This document shows, one piece after another, positions 40,392 through 49,483 of a stretch of DNA of 64,000 bases. Numbering within the stretch: the first letter of the stretch is position 1; each line of letters opens with the position of its first letter. A program made the position numbers and the translations under genes. The notes under the pieces are model-generated. The model saw only the letters and a program-made list of their open reading frames with translations, searched no databases and was not told where the DNA came from. The stretch comes from Candidatus Latescibacterota bacterium (GTDB lineage Bacteria > Latescibacterota > UBA2968 > UBA8231), in the NCBI GenBank assembly GCA_965223905.1, contig CBDCXV010000010.1, positions 1,312,001-1,376,000 of the forward strand. The letters are read 5' to 3'.

Positions 40392-40468
40392 CACCGTGCC
40401 GCCAGCTTCGGGGCTAAAGCCCCTTTCGCCCAACCTCTGCGCGGTTCGAGGGCACTTTAATGTTAGGG
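40386..40468 (+). repeat. attC-like site 16
   Basis: CTATAAC-ACCGTGCC...GGCACTTTAAT-GTTAGGG. Confidence 0.85.
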
Positions 40469-40765
40469 GGAAACGTTATGTTGAAACCGGAAGAGAGATC
40501 CGAATTCAACTTCCTTGGGGGGGTCCCCGATTCAGTGAGTTGCCGCTTCGCCGACTCGCCTCCTGGGGGGCGGTGGCAGGTCTGGTGCTGGGCGTTCTCC
40601 CGCTTGTTTTCGGGACCCTGACTTCCAAGCACCCGCTGTGGTTTCTGGTTCTGGCGATAATCGGTTCCACCACCTTGCTGAGCGCGGCTTCAGCCGTTGA
40701 ATCCGCCTTGTTGTTTCGGTATGCTGCGCGGCAGCAACCTCCCGCGGGCGCAGGGTTGGGGCAGT

Positions 40766-41758
40766 AACGGGACGCCCTGCAGATACTTTTCGTGGACGGC
40801 GGCGATGACCGGGAAGAGATCGAAGGAATGACAGCGAACACGGATGCCCCAGAGCTGCGCACCGTCGACAGCGGCGAGGTGATCAAGGGGGTGGTTGCGC
40901 TCCTGTTCACCTCGTTCAGCGACGACGGTACCCGATTCGACGCCGCCAGCATGCGCCGCCAGATCGACTTCGTGCTGGAGCCGGGGGTGTCGGCCGTGGT
41001 TGCCTGCGGGAAGGCGGGGGAGTTCGAGGGGCAGAGTCTCGAGGAGATCGAGGAGGTCCTGACCACGGTGCTGGAGCACGTGGGCGGCCGCGTCCCCGTG
41101 GGCATGGGCATTATCAGCGTGGAGGAGGACCGCGGTCTGCCCGCCGCGGAGCTTGCGGCCCGGTGCGGCGCGGACTTCGCCATGACCAAGAAGCTGACCA
41201 AGACGGACCTGCACGGCTTCTTCAGCCGGATCGCCGAACGGATCCCGGTGATGCTCTACGACCAGACCAACGAGGGCACCCTCGACGTGGACGGTGAGGT
41301 GCTGCCGCTGGTAGACGCCATCGAGCGGATCATGACCGTCAAGGTGAGCGGCAACGTGTACTCCTTCGACCGGCTCAAGGGCGCGGCTCCGCAAGCGTCC
41401 TACATCTGCGGCTGGGACGCCTTCTCGCTGCCCGCCTACGTCTCCGGCGCGGACGGTGTGGTTGCCGGCAGCGCGGCCGTCATGCCGGATCGCGAGGTGG
41501 AACTGCACCGGCTGGTGCAGGCCGGCGCCTGGGGCGACGCCCGGCACCTGTTCTACCAGCGCATGCTGCCCATGATCGCCTACTGCACCCCGGACCCCTA
41601 CGCCTTCTCCGTGTGCAAGCACATCCTGCACTGGAAGGGCCTGTTTGATTCACCGGTGGTCCGGCCGCCCTATGAAAACGTCCCGACCTGGCTGCAGCGG
41701 GAACTGCGCGAGCTGGCGCAGCAGCTCGGGCTGCTCGAGGGGGCGTGAACGCGAGGCT
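40766..41758 (+). repeat. Direct repeat copy 2 of 8478-9380
   Basis: Colinear similarity including the gene flanks. Confidence 0.92.
40828..41748 (+). CDS. Dihydrodipicolinate synthase/N-acetylneuraminate lyase family protein
   Basis: CGKAGEF, PVMLY, catalytic-type K in TVKVS, GADGVV, VRPPY. Confidence 0.85.
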   Translation: MTANTDAPELRTVDSGEVIKGVVALLFTSFSDDGTRFDAASMRRQIDFVLEPGVSAVVACGKAGEFEGQSLEEIEEVLTTVLEHVGGRVPVGMGIISVEEDRGLPAAELAARCGADFAMTKKLTKTDLHGFFSRIAERIPVMLYDQTNEGTLDVDGEVLPLVDAIERIMTVKVSGNVYSFDRLKGAAPQASYICGWDAFSLPAYVSGADGVVAGSAAVMPDREVELHRLVQAGAWGDARHLFYQRMLPMIAYCTPDPYAFSVCKHILHWKGLFDSPVVRPPYENVPTWLQRELRELAQQLGLLEGA

Positions 41759-41948
41759 CCCGGGAAAGCCGATCGATCTGGCCTCGGCACCCACCTCTGT
41801 AAATCGACGATTACCTTACCGAGAGGGCGAGCGCGCTCACCCGCTCCGCCCACCAAGAGCGCGATAAACGAAAACGACCTGCGATGTCTGCAGGGCGTTT
41901 CAGCGAAGGGGCGCTTATCCCGTGTTACCAGACGTGTCCGTAGGTCAC

Positions 41949-42173
41949 CTACAGACTGTCAACAAACTCCTCGACTGTAATCCCGGCGTTTCGAAGGATT
42001 GCGCGAAGCGTGCCTTTCGCTACTTCGCGATGATCGGGCACAGTTACTCGCCGATTCGGAGCCGCGAGTTGCCTCAGGACGATGTGACTTCCACGCTGGC
42101 GGTCAACCTGATAGCCGAATCGCTCAAAAGCTTTGACAACCTGGCGCCCGGAAACGACCGGCAACTTGCTCAA
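41949..42173 (-). CDS. hicA: HicA-family mRNA interferase toxin
   Basis: RQRGSHI, VTVPDH..KGTLRAIL. Confidence 0.92.
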   Translation of the reverse strand: MSKLPVVSGRQVVKAFERFGYQVDRQRGSHIVLRQLAAPNRRVTVPDHREVAKGTLRAILRNAGITVEEFVDSL

Positions 42174-42379
42174 CCGACCTCGACGACCTCTTCATTGATT
42201 GGTGGCGGCACTGGCTCGCCTCGCTCCTCGAGACTTTCTATGTAAAGGGAAATGGCCTCTCGGATGTTGGTGAGGGCTTCGTTTCGTGAGGCGCCCTGAG
42301 AAACGCAACCGGGCAGGGAGGGAACCTCGGCAACGAAAACGCCATCTTCATCTACTTCAACCAAGACTCGATACTTCAT
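42170..42379 (-). CDS. hicB: HicB-family antitoxin
   Basis: VAEVPSLPGCVSQG..EALTNIREAI; 4-bp overlap with hicA. Confidence 0.92.
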   Translation of the reverse strand: MKYRVLVEVDEDGVFVAEVPSLPGCVSQGASRNEALTNIREAISLYIESLEERGEPVPPPINEEVVEVG

Positions 42380-42590
42380 TGCGCCTCCATATCATTCTGA
42401 TTCACCGGTAATGTAAACAAAACCACAAAACGGTCATGTCTGAAAACGTTCTCGCGGAATGAGAACCTGCCGAAGCGAAGCATGGCCAGGTTGGATCGGA
42501 GACCCATAGCGGGAGGCGCGCCGGCGTTTTTACAAGCCGTGCAGTTCTGGGGCCTGGTGGACGGTGTCCCCGATCCAAGGACGCCAGCGT

Positions 42591-43424
42591 TCATGGACGG
42601 ATTTCCCCAAGTGTTTCGGCGAGTAACGGGAATCCGCCTTGCCGTCCGTATGCGCCCAGCCAATCACCCTCGACAAATTCGAAGTCACCGGTCTGTGTGT
42701 CCAAGGCTCCAATACAGCCCTCATTGATGACCTGCAAAGTCGGGTCTCTGGGGTTGCTTACGACGCTGGCCAATTGAACACATCGTGTCTCGTGGACCTG
42801 GATCGGGCCTGCAGCATGGTGGAAATGGCCGAAGACGTGGAAAAGTGGCTTGGCCGACTTCAGAAACCGAATCACGGGCTCCGGACCCTCAGGGAGGTCC
42901 TCTCCTGCTCCCTCCCCAAATCCCCCCTCGTGCGACACGAGCAAGTCGAGTGGACCCGAATTGACCTGACCCAGCCTCTCGGGATCTCCACCTGCGCAGA
43001 AGCCGACCACTATGTCATCTCCTCTGACTGTGTACCCGTCCGGCACGCAGTGGAAGAGTCCATGCGGGTCGATCGGTATAAGAGACTGCTGGGTTGCTTC
43101 GCGGGTCCCGAAGAACTGCGCGAACTCATCGTGATTTCCAGGGACAACGTGGATGGGAGAAGCGATTTCCTGACCAAATTCCCGGAGGAGTTTCGCATCC
43201 TCCCCTGTGGCTTTGACGAGATCATATAGGTCGTAAACGGCTAAATCCCACTGGGAGAACCTGTCGTAGGGTCGCTCTCCAGTCGCTGGATCAGGCAGAA
43301 CACCCAAGTCCCCAACTTGGACAACGAGATCGAACTTCCTACCTCGCAATGCCTGCCACCTCGCCAGTACCGCAAGGGCATGGCAGGCTCTGCCGTGCAC
43401 ATCTCCTATACACCCGACAATCAC
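42591..43424 (-). CDS. Metallophosphoesterase
   Basis: GDVHG, VGDLG, PGNHD, SHE, GHFH. Confidence 0.88.
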   Translation of the reverse strand: MIVGCIGDVHGRACHALAVLARWQALRGRKFDLVVQVGDLGVLPDPATGERPYDRFSQWDLAVYDLYDLVKATGEDAKLLREFGQEIASPIHVVPGNHDEFAQFFGTREATQQSLIPIDPHGLFHCVPDGYTVRGDDIVVGFCAGGDPERLGQVNSGPLDLLVSHEGGFGEGAGEDLPEGPEPVIRFLKSAKPLFHVFGHFHHAAGPIQVHETRCVQLASVVSNPRDPTLQVINEGCIGALDTQTGDFEFVEGDWLGAYGRQGGFPLLAETLGEIRP

Positions 43425-43437
43425 TTCCTGTTCCCGT

Positions 43438-43524
43438 TCAGAGTATGACAGCCACCAGATCTTTTTCGGCGTCGAGCAGCGCAGCGCGGGCGCGTACGTA
43501 CAGCAGGTCAGGAGCGCCAGACAT
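43438..43524 (-). pseudogene. N-terminal stub of the putative nucleotidyltransferase toxin partnering AbiEi
   Basis: MSGAPDLLYVRARAALLDA overlaps the antitoxin end; stops after 28 aa. Confidence 0.5.
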
Positions 43525-44295
43525 GCTCGTTCTTCTCCATCCACTTCAGTAAGTGCTCACCCTGCGACGGTTCCCGGCCCGGCCCGGTCAGGAGGTCCGC
43601 AGCGAGCTGGCTGGGAGCGACGCAACGAAGGCCGTCACGGTCGACCGCCCGATCGAAGACGACGGGGTCGAAAGGCTCCAGAATCACCACGTTGGCGCCG
43701 GCTTCGGTCTCGCGGAGGTCCAGATGGTCGAGGAACTCGATCGCGTCGGTAACGTAGATGGCCGCCTGTCTTGCGGGCGCGATGGGATCGAATCGCTGGG
43801 CGGCGAAAGCGCCGGTGGCGACGTACTCGAGCTTCGTCGCGCGGAGCTTTTTCTCGAAAGCCGGCAGCCCCCGTGGCTCGAGCGTCATCGTGGGCGTGTT
43901 CGAGTCCGTTTGATCGTAATCCTCAATCCACCGGCGAATCGCGCCCTGCCAATCGACCGCCGATACGGCTCCGCGCATACGGGTCACGATGGCTTCCCGT
44001 TCGAGCAAATCCAACACGCGCGACAAGGTCGGAGCCGACACCCTGGTCGACTGGGCCAGCTCTCGGACACCGTACGGGGGGAATGTGTCGATGATGGCCC
44101 TCACGGCACGTGCCGCACCCCGGCCCCGCAGGGACTGGAGCTTGTGATCCCTTGGCCAGGGATCGCGATCGACCCCGTCCGCAGAAATGAACAGCCCCGG
44201 CGTGGAAGCTTCGATACGGACGTTGCCCGTGGTGTCGACGTAGCCGACGCCGCGGTCACGAAGGAGGGAACGGGCGCGGGGGGAGAGGTAGGAGG
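43508..44295 (-). pseudogene. Type IV TA AbiEi-like antitoxin, N-terminally truncated
   Basis: YLSPRAR..GYVDTTGN, HTH GVRELA..TLSRVL, GANVVI, APSQLAADLL..GR. Confidence 0.75.
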
Positions 44296-44301
44296 CTCGT
44301 C

Positions 44302-44574
44302 GTGGTGCGTGTCGAAGTCACTCCCGAACGGCCGCATGGGCTCAGCTACTCGCTGACGCTGCACGCCCCGGACGGCGCCAGGCTGGCCGGTTTCGACAAC
44401 GCGCACCCGGTTCGAAAGCGGCGGGGTCCGGGAACGCGCAGGCGTCGCGGGAGGGACCATCGGCACCGGCTGCATACAGTCGGACCATACTGCTACAAGG
44501 ATGCCGCGACGTTGTTGGAAGATTTCTGGAACGCGGTGGACGCGGTGCTGAAAGAAAGGGGATCGATCCCATGA
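44302..44574 (+). pseudogene. DUF6516-family protein, probably N-terminally truncated
   Basis: RPHGLSYSLTLH..GFDNAH..DHRH..LLEDFW. Confidence 0.7.
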
Positions 44575-44951
44575 CGACGCTGAGAATCGGCATTGCCGGC
44601 TACGACCGGATGAAGGCGCGCACGATGGCGATCGCCCGCGGGGAACACAAGCCCGCCAGGGGCGAGCCGACGGTCTGGTTCACGTCCATCGAGAGCTTCG
44701 CGAAGGTGCTCTCCGGGCGCAATCGCGAGCTGCTCGCTCTGATCGCCCGTGAGAAACCGGGCTCGCTTACCGAACTTGCGGAGCTCGCAGGGCGCAACAA
44801 GTCAAACCTCTCGCGGACGCTCAAGACGATGTCGCAGTACGGTCTCGTGGAGTTGAAGAAGGGAGAGCGCGGAACGGTGATCCCGCGGGTACCTTACGAC
44901 CGGGTGAGCCTGGATGTTTCTTTGACTGCGACGCCGCGACAGGTCGCGTGA
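44571..44951 (+). CDS. HTH transcriptional regulator/antitoxin partner of DUF6516
   Basis: WFTSIESFAKVLS..SLTELAELAGRNKSNLSRTL; ATGA coupling. Confidence 0.85.
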   Translation: MTTLRIGIAGYDRMKARTMAIARGEHKPARGEPTVWFTSIESFAKVLSGRNRELLALIAREKPGSLTELAELAGRNKSNLSRTLKTMSQYGLVELKKGERGTVIPRVPYDRVSLDVSLTATPRQVA

Positions 44952-45698
44952 AGCCTTCTTCAATCATCGGTGTGCGGGGTACATCGATTTGAATACGCAT
45001 TGCCGATCCGAAGTTGGTTTCGTCGCCGCATGATGCGGACGAGGACTCCACGCGTGATCGCACCATGACCGTTGAAGTCCAACAGATGGATGCCGTGCAG
45101 AACGCGCTGGCAGGGATCGTCGACGATGTGTGGAGCGATTTTGACAGGGAGCGGGAGGTGGACGCGGTGTAATCGACCTCAGGTCGATGTATCTGTAGAC
45201 GCCCGAAGAGGTGGCCGACTGGATTCGGATACCTGATTCCTTACTGCGTTTTGCGGCTTCCTGACCCAGACTGACTTGGCTAAGCTGAACGACCCTTGTT
45301 GCTGGGGCCAAAATTGTGTGCAAGGGGTTCCATGCCAGTTAACCGCATCGGAGGGCGCCTGGCTAAAATCGCAGACACTTGGATATGATAGTATTGACAC
45401 GCTACAACGCCAGTGATGCTGGCGTGGGACGGTCTTCGGAAAAACCCGTGACGTAATTCGATTGGACAACACTTCGATGGGACGAGACTTAGCGCTATAC
45501 CCGAATCAAGCATCGAAACGAGATCTGAAGCTGTATTTGGAAGGACTTGGATTCCAAAAGTGCAAGCATTTGTGGAATTGGCCCGCAGGGACACTGAACT
45601 TCTCTTGGTTTGATGAAGAAGACTTCCGATCGATTGACGGGGTATCTGCAGATGTCTACCCAGTTTCCGGAGATGAGTTGCAGGTAACCGGAAACAAA

Positions 45699-47162
45699 GG
45701 GTCTATCCGGGTTTTTCAACGCCGAAACGTAAGTACGGAAAGTACCTGAGCCCTTGCTGTCCATCTGAGTACATGACAAGGCCATAGGTCGTTCCCTATG
45801 CTTGGTGTATCCCCATCAAGCACTCCCCAAGAAAGGGAAGGGAAGGCGACCTATGACCGCTATGAAGTTCGTCTCCAAGCTGTTCCAATTCAAGGGATTT
45901 CGCGCGGTGGGCGTGTGGTTCGAAGGACACGGGGAAGAAGCGGCCGTCGTGGTCGCGGTGAAGCCCCAAAGGAACGGGTGCCGGTGTCCCGAGTGTGGGC
46001 GCCGCGGCAAGATCGTACAGGTCATGGAGTTCCGCCGCTGGCGCGACGTCCGCGTTTGCGGCCGTACCCTCTGGTTGCACCACGCCCCTCGGGAGATCCG
46101 CTGCCCGACCCACGGCCGTCGCGTCGAGGAGGTGCCCTGGGCGGCGCCCTCGGCCCAGGTCAGCTACCGCTTCGAATACCTGCTGCTGAGGTACTGCCAG
46201 TGGATGACGCAGGCCGCCGCCGCGCGCCTGCTGGGTCTGGCCCCGTCGACCCTGTCCGACCAGCTGCACCGGCTCATCGAGCGCCGGCGTACGGGGCACC
46301 GCATCCGCCGGCTGAAGACCCTCGGCATCGACGAGATCTCCTACGCCAAGGGCCATAAATACGCTACCCTGGTCTACGACCTGGAACGCTCCCGTGTCGT
46401 CTGGGTCGGCAAGGGCAAGGCACGGAAGACCATCGACGCGTTTTTCCGGGACCATCTCAGCGCCTTCCAGAAGGACCGCATCCGCTGGGCCTGCTGCGAC
46501 CTGAGCGAGACCTTCATCGGCGCCATCCGGCAGCATGGTCCCAACGCCGAGTTGGTCCTGGACCGATTCCACGTCGTCAAGGCCCTCAACGAAGCCGTCG
46601 ACGAGGTGCGCAAGGAGCAGTGGCGGCAAGCCTGTGGCGAGGACCGCAAGCTGCTCAAGGGCCTGCGCTGGGTGCTGCTGCATCACTCCGCCCAGCGCTC
46701 GCGAAAGGATCGGCGCACGCTCCAAACCCTGGAGAAGGCCAACCGCCGCATCTACCGCGCCTGGCGCCTGAAGGACGAGTTCGAGCACTTCTGGCGCTAC
46801 AAGGCGCGCTGGGCCGCCGAACGCTTCCTCAAGAAGTGGACGACGGCGGCCCTGCGCAGCCGCCTGCAGCCCCTGCGCAAGTTCGTCAACACGGTGCGCA
46901 AGCAGGCGGCCGGCATCACCGCCTTCGTCGACACGCACCTGACCAACGCCGCCGCCGAAGGGCTCAATCGCATTATCCGCATGGTCAAGAATCGAGCCAG
47001 TGGATTTAAAACTCTGGATGCCTTTGCCGACCTGATTTACCTGTGCGTCGGAGACCTCGATATCCCTGCGCAGATTCCGGCCCGATTCCGTACAGTATGA
47101 AACCCTAAAAATCTCATTGGGGAAACGCTATAAATACCACGTTGAAAAACCCGGATATAGCC
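45699..47162 (+). mobile_element. ISL3-family insertion sequence (1464 bp)
   Basis: 23-bp IRs GGGTCTATCCGGGTTTTTCAACG / CGTTGAAAAACCCGGATATAGCC; 8-bp target duplication GAAACAAA. Confidence 0.95.
45853..47100 (+). CDS. ISL3 transposase
   Basis: CPECG, LGIDE, DRFHVV, TNAAAEGLN. Confidence 0.93.
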   Translation: MTAMKFVSKLFQFKGFRAVGVWFEGHGEEAAVVVAVKPQRNGCRCPECGRRGKIVQVMEFRRWRDVRVCGRTLWLHHAPREIRCPTHGRRVEEVPWAAPSAQVSYRFEYLLLRYCQWMTQAAAARLLGLAPSTLSDQLHRLIERRRTGHRIRRLKTLGIDEISYAKGHKYATLVYDLERSRVVWVGKGKARKTIDAFFRDHLSAFQKDRIRWACCDLSETFIGAIRQHGPNAELVLDRFHVVKALNEAVDEVRKEQWRQACGEDRKLLKGLRWVLLHHSAQRSRKDRRTLQTLEKANRRIYRAWRLKDEFEHFWRYKARWAAERFLKKWTTAALRSRLQPLRKFVNTVRKQAAGITAFVDTHLTNAAAEGLNRIIRMVKNRASGFKTLDAFADLIYLCVGDLDIPAQIPARFRTV

Positions 47163-48039
47163 GAAACAAATGGGCGTTGCACGTGCGAAATCTCTACAGT
47201 GCCAGCTGGTACGACGTAAGGATGCTAAACAACGTCCTCCGAGGAGCTAGAAAGCTCTTCGGCGGGACAATCAAGGGAGATTACGGGACAAACCGATATG
47301 CACCACTATGGAATGACGAAAGCACGCCGATCAGTCGCGGAGTCGCAGCCATCTACCAGCGTGTAGACCAAGAACTTTCTTCGGTAAAATTCGCCCTGCC
47401 TGAGCCGTCAATCCAAATGCAAACGCCACTAGATATGGAAAAAAAGATGCGCGATTTCGTGGAGCATACGAATAGCCTTGATCCCAGTAGAGTGATTTAC
47501 AATGGTCTAGTACCGTTCGCGGTTTCGATGTTCGAGTATTTCTTCTCGCGTGTATTTCAAGTGTTGATAACTTACGATGAATTTGCCTGTAAAAAAAAGG
47601 AATCACACAATTTACGTGTCGATTTTTCTACCCTCCTCCAAGTGAGTAACAGAGTACGAACCCTTGAAGATGTAATTGCGAAGACGTACACGTTCCAGAA
47701 CTTGAACCAATTAAACAAGGCTTATAAAGAATGGCTCAATATTGACATTAGGAAGATTCTGTTCAAAAAGAAGCGGATTGGGCGCTCAATATTGTTTTTG
47801 GAGAACCGTATAAATGAAATAATCCAATACAGGCATGGTGTCGTTCACGATTTTGAAATAGATCGCTCCCTTACACGAGATGAATACCTAGCTATCCTCA
47901 GCGCCATTGAGGCTGCCATCAAGGAGTTCCTAGCGTTCCTGGAAAGGAAGTACACCATAACTATCTCCGATTCCCCTTAGCACCGGGAAAAGACCCTCCC
48001 GTCGGGGAGAAGTACGAAGTCGTTGGTAACCGCCCCTCC

Positions 48040-49347
48040 TCACCCCTTCCACCTCCATACCGGCGGGGCGTCGTAGTTGAACGAGACCGCGTCCCCAGGC
48101 TCCAGCAGGATCGTCTGCCCCGCGTACAGCGGACCGGCAATCGTCTGTGACCCCGCCTCCCGCTCCGGCCCCGCTTTGCTTGGCCGCGGCCCGTGGCTGT
48201 CCGCCAGGCTAAGGTTGAACGGAGCCAGCGGCGCCGTGCTGCCGCAGTCGGCGATCGTCCAGGACCGCACCTCACCCGGCTCGACGATGAGGACCTGCAC
48301 CGGAAGCGAACTCCTGTTGACAACGGGACGGCCCGAAGGCGGAACCTCCGGCGTCTCGACGGAGAACCCGGCCGGCCAGTTGCAGAGGATCCGGTTCGAG
48401 GGGACCTCCGCCCTGTTGGTGACCCCGTTGGGAAGACTGAGGGCGACGACGGTGTTGTCCCGCGCCCCCATCTCGAAGACGACGTCGCACCCTGGCCGGC
48501 GGGGGCCGAAGCAGGAGAGGGTCAGCAGGTTGCGTTGGGCGCTGATCACCGCGCCGAAGGCGTCGTCGGCGACGAAGTCCTCCACGGTTACATAGCGGCG
48601 CGTCTCCTCGTCGAAGTACGCCGCCCGCGGCGCGTGGAAGGAGAGCGCGAGTCTGTTGTGCCGGATCTTGTCCGACTCCGGGTCGCCGAGGCGCAGGCCG
48701 GCGCAGTCCCCGGTCGCGTGGTATTGGTTTCCGTAGAGGATCTCGATGGTGTTGTTGCCGAGGTTGTGGCCGCTGCCGGTGCCGTCGCTGAGGTGAAGGC
48801 CGGTGCCGCGGGTGTTCGTCTCCTCGGCGAAGAGCTTGCTGTTGACGATCGGCCCGTGCGACGAGTCGAGGAGGATCCCCGTCCCCTGCGGGTGGTTGGA
48901 GACGGCGCAGGCGAAGTCGAAGACCGAGGCGGTGACGCAGGTGAAGTCGTCGGGGCCGGGGGTCTCGGGCCGGATCGCCACCACGGCGTCGGGCGAGCCG
49001 GAGCTGACGAGGCCGAACTTGTAGCGGCAGTTCATCTGGCTGTCGAAATGGATGGCGTTGCCGCTTTCCCCGGTGTAGGACAGCAGGTAGTTGCCGCCGT
49101 CGAGGCGGAAGTCCTGGCTCCAGGGGACGCGCAGCGTCTCCTGGAGGGTGTAGATGTTGTGGGGGGATCCCACGCCGTCGTGGACGCCGCCGCGGCCGCC
49201 CCAGATCCAGACGTCCCGCGAGTGGGCGTGGGCGTAGTCGAGGGCTTCCTGGATGCCGCCCGTCCTCGTGCCGGGGGTGTTGCGGCCGAAGTCGCCGCCG
49301 TCATCCGGGCCTTCGAGGGTGACGCTGACATACGGTTTCGGTTTCAT
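48040..49347 (-). CDS. Hypothetical protein, possibly pectin-lyase-like beta-helix
   Basis: ATG after GGAGG; TGGIQEALDYA; Asn-rich repeats. Confidence 0.7.
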   Translation of the reverse strand: MKPKPYVSVTLEGPDDGGDFGRNTPGTRTGGIQEALDYAHAHSRDVWIWGGRGGVHDGVGSPHNIYTLQETLRVPWSQDFRLDGGNYLLSYTGESGNAIHFDSQMNCRYKFGLVSSGSPDAVVAIRPETPGPDDFTCVTASVFDFACAVSNHPQGTGILLDSSHGPIVNSKLFAEETNTRGTGLHLSDGTGSGHNLGNNTIEILYGNQYHATGDCAGLRLGDPESDKIRHNRLALSFHAPRAAYFDEETRRYVTVEDFVADDAFGAVISAQRNLLTLSCFGPRRPGCDVVFEMGARDNTVVALSLPNGVTNRAEVPSNRILCNWPAGFSVETPEVPPSGRPVVNRSSLPVQVLIVEPGEVRSWTIADCGSTAPLAPFNLSLADSHGPRPSKAGPEREAGSQTIAGPLYAGQTILLEPGDAVSFNYDAPPVWRWKG

Positions 49348-49483
49348 GCTGCCGCCTCCTGTTTTCGCTTCACCGGGTTGCGCGCCACCGGGCCCTGAGG
49401 TCCGCCAGGAGACCCGGCCTTCCTTGACCCCGCCCCCGGGGGAACCCTTAGTACCCGCCACCCCCCAGGAGGTCGGCGCGAAA

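Larger units (their letters stand above)
21526..40468 (+). mobile_element. Integron-like gene-cassette array without an integrase in the window (CALIN-like)
   Basis: 16 complete palindromic attC-like sites between co-oriented genes; the start of each cassette is the reverse complement of its own end. Confidence 0.92.
45477..47980 (+). pseudogene. HEPN-domain protein (343 aa when rejoined) interrupted by ISL3
   Basis: ..VTGNK|WALHVRN.. rejoins in frame; C-terminal TFQN..RHGVVH (RxxxxH); low GC. Confidence 0.8.

Noticed and set aside
21866-40468. CRISPR array interpretation of the recurring repeats
   Set aside because: The repeats are 81-96 bp and variable, the intervening segments are gene-sized, and no cas genes are present.
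21866-40468. Repeats as rho-independent terminators or simple REP elements
   Set aside because: There are no U-tracts, and neither explains the cassette-specific complementarity between successive sites.
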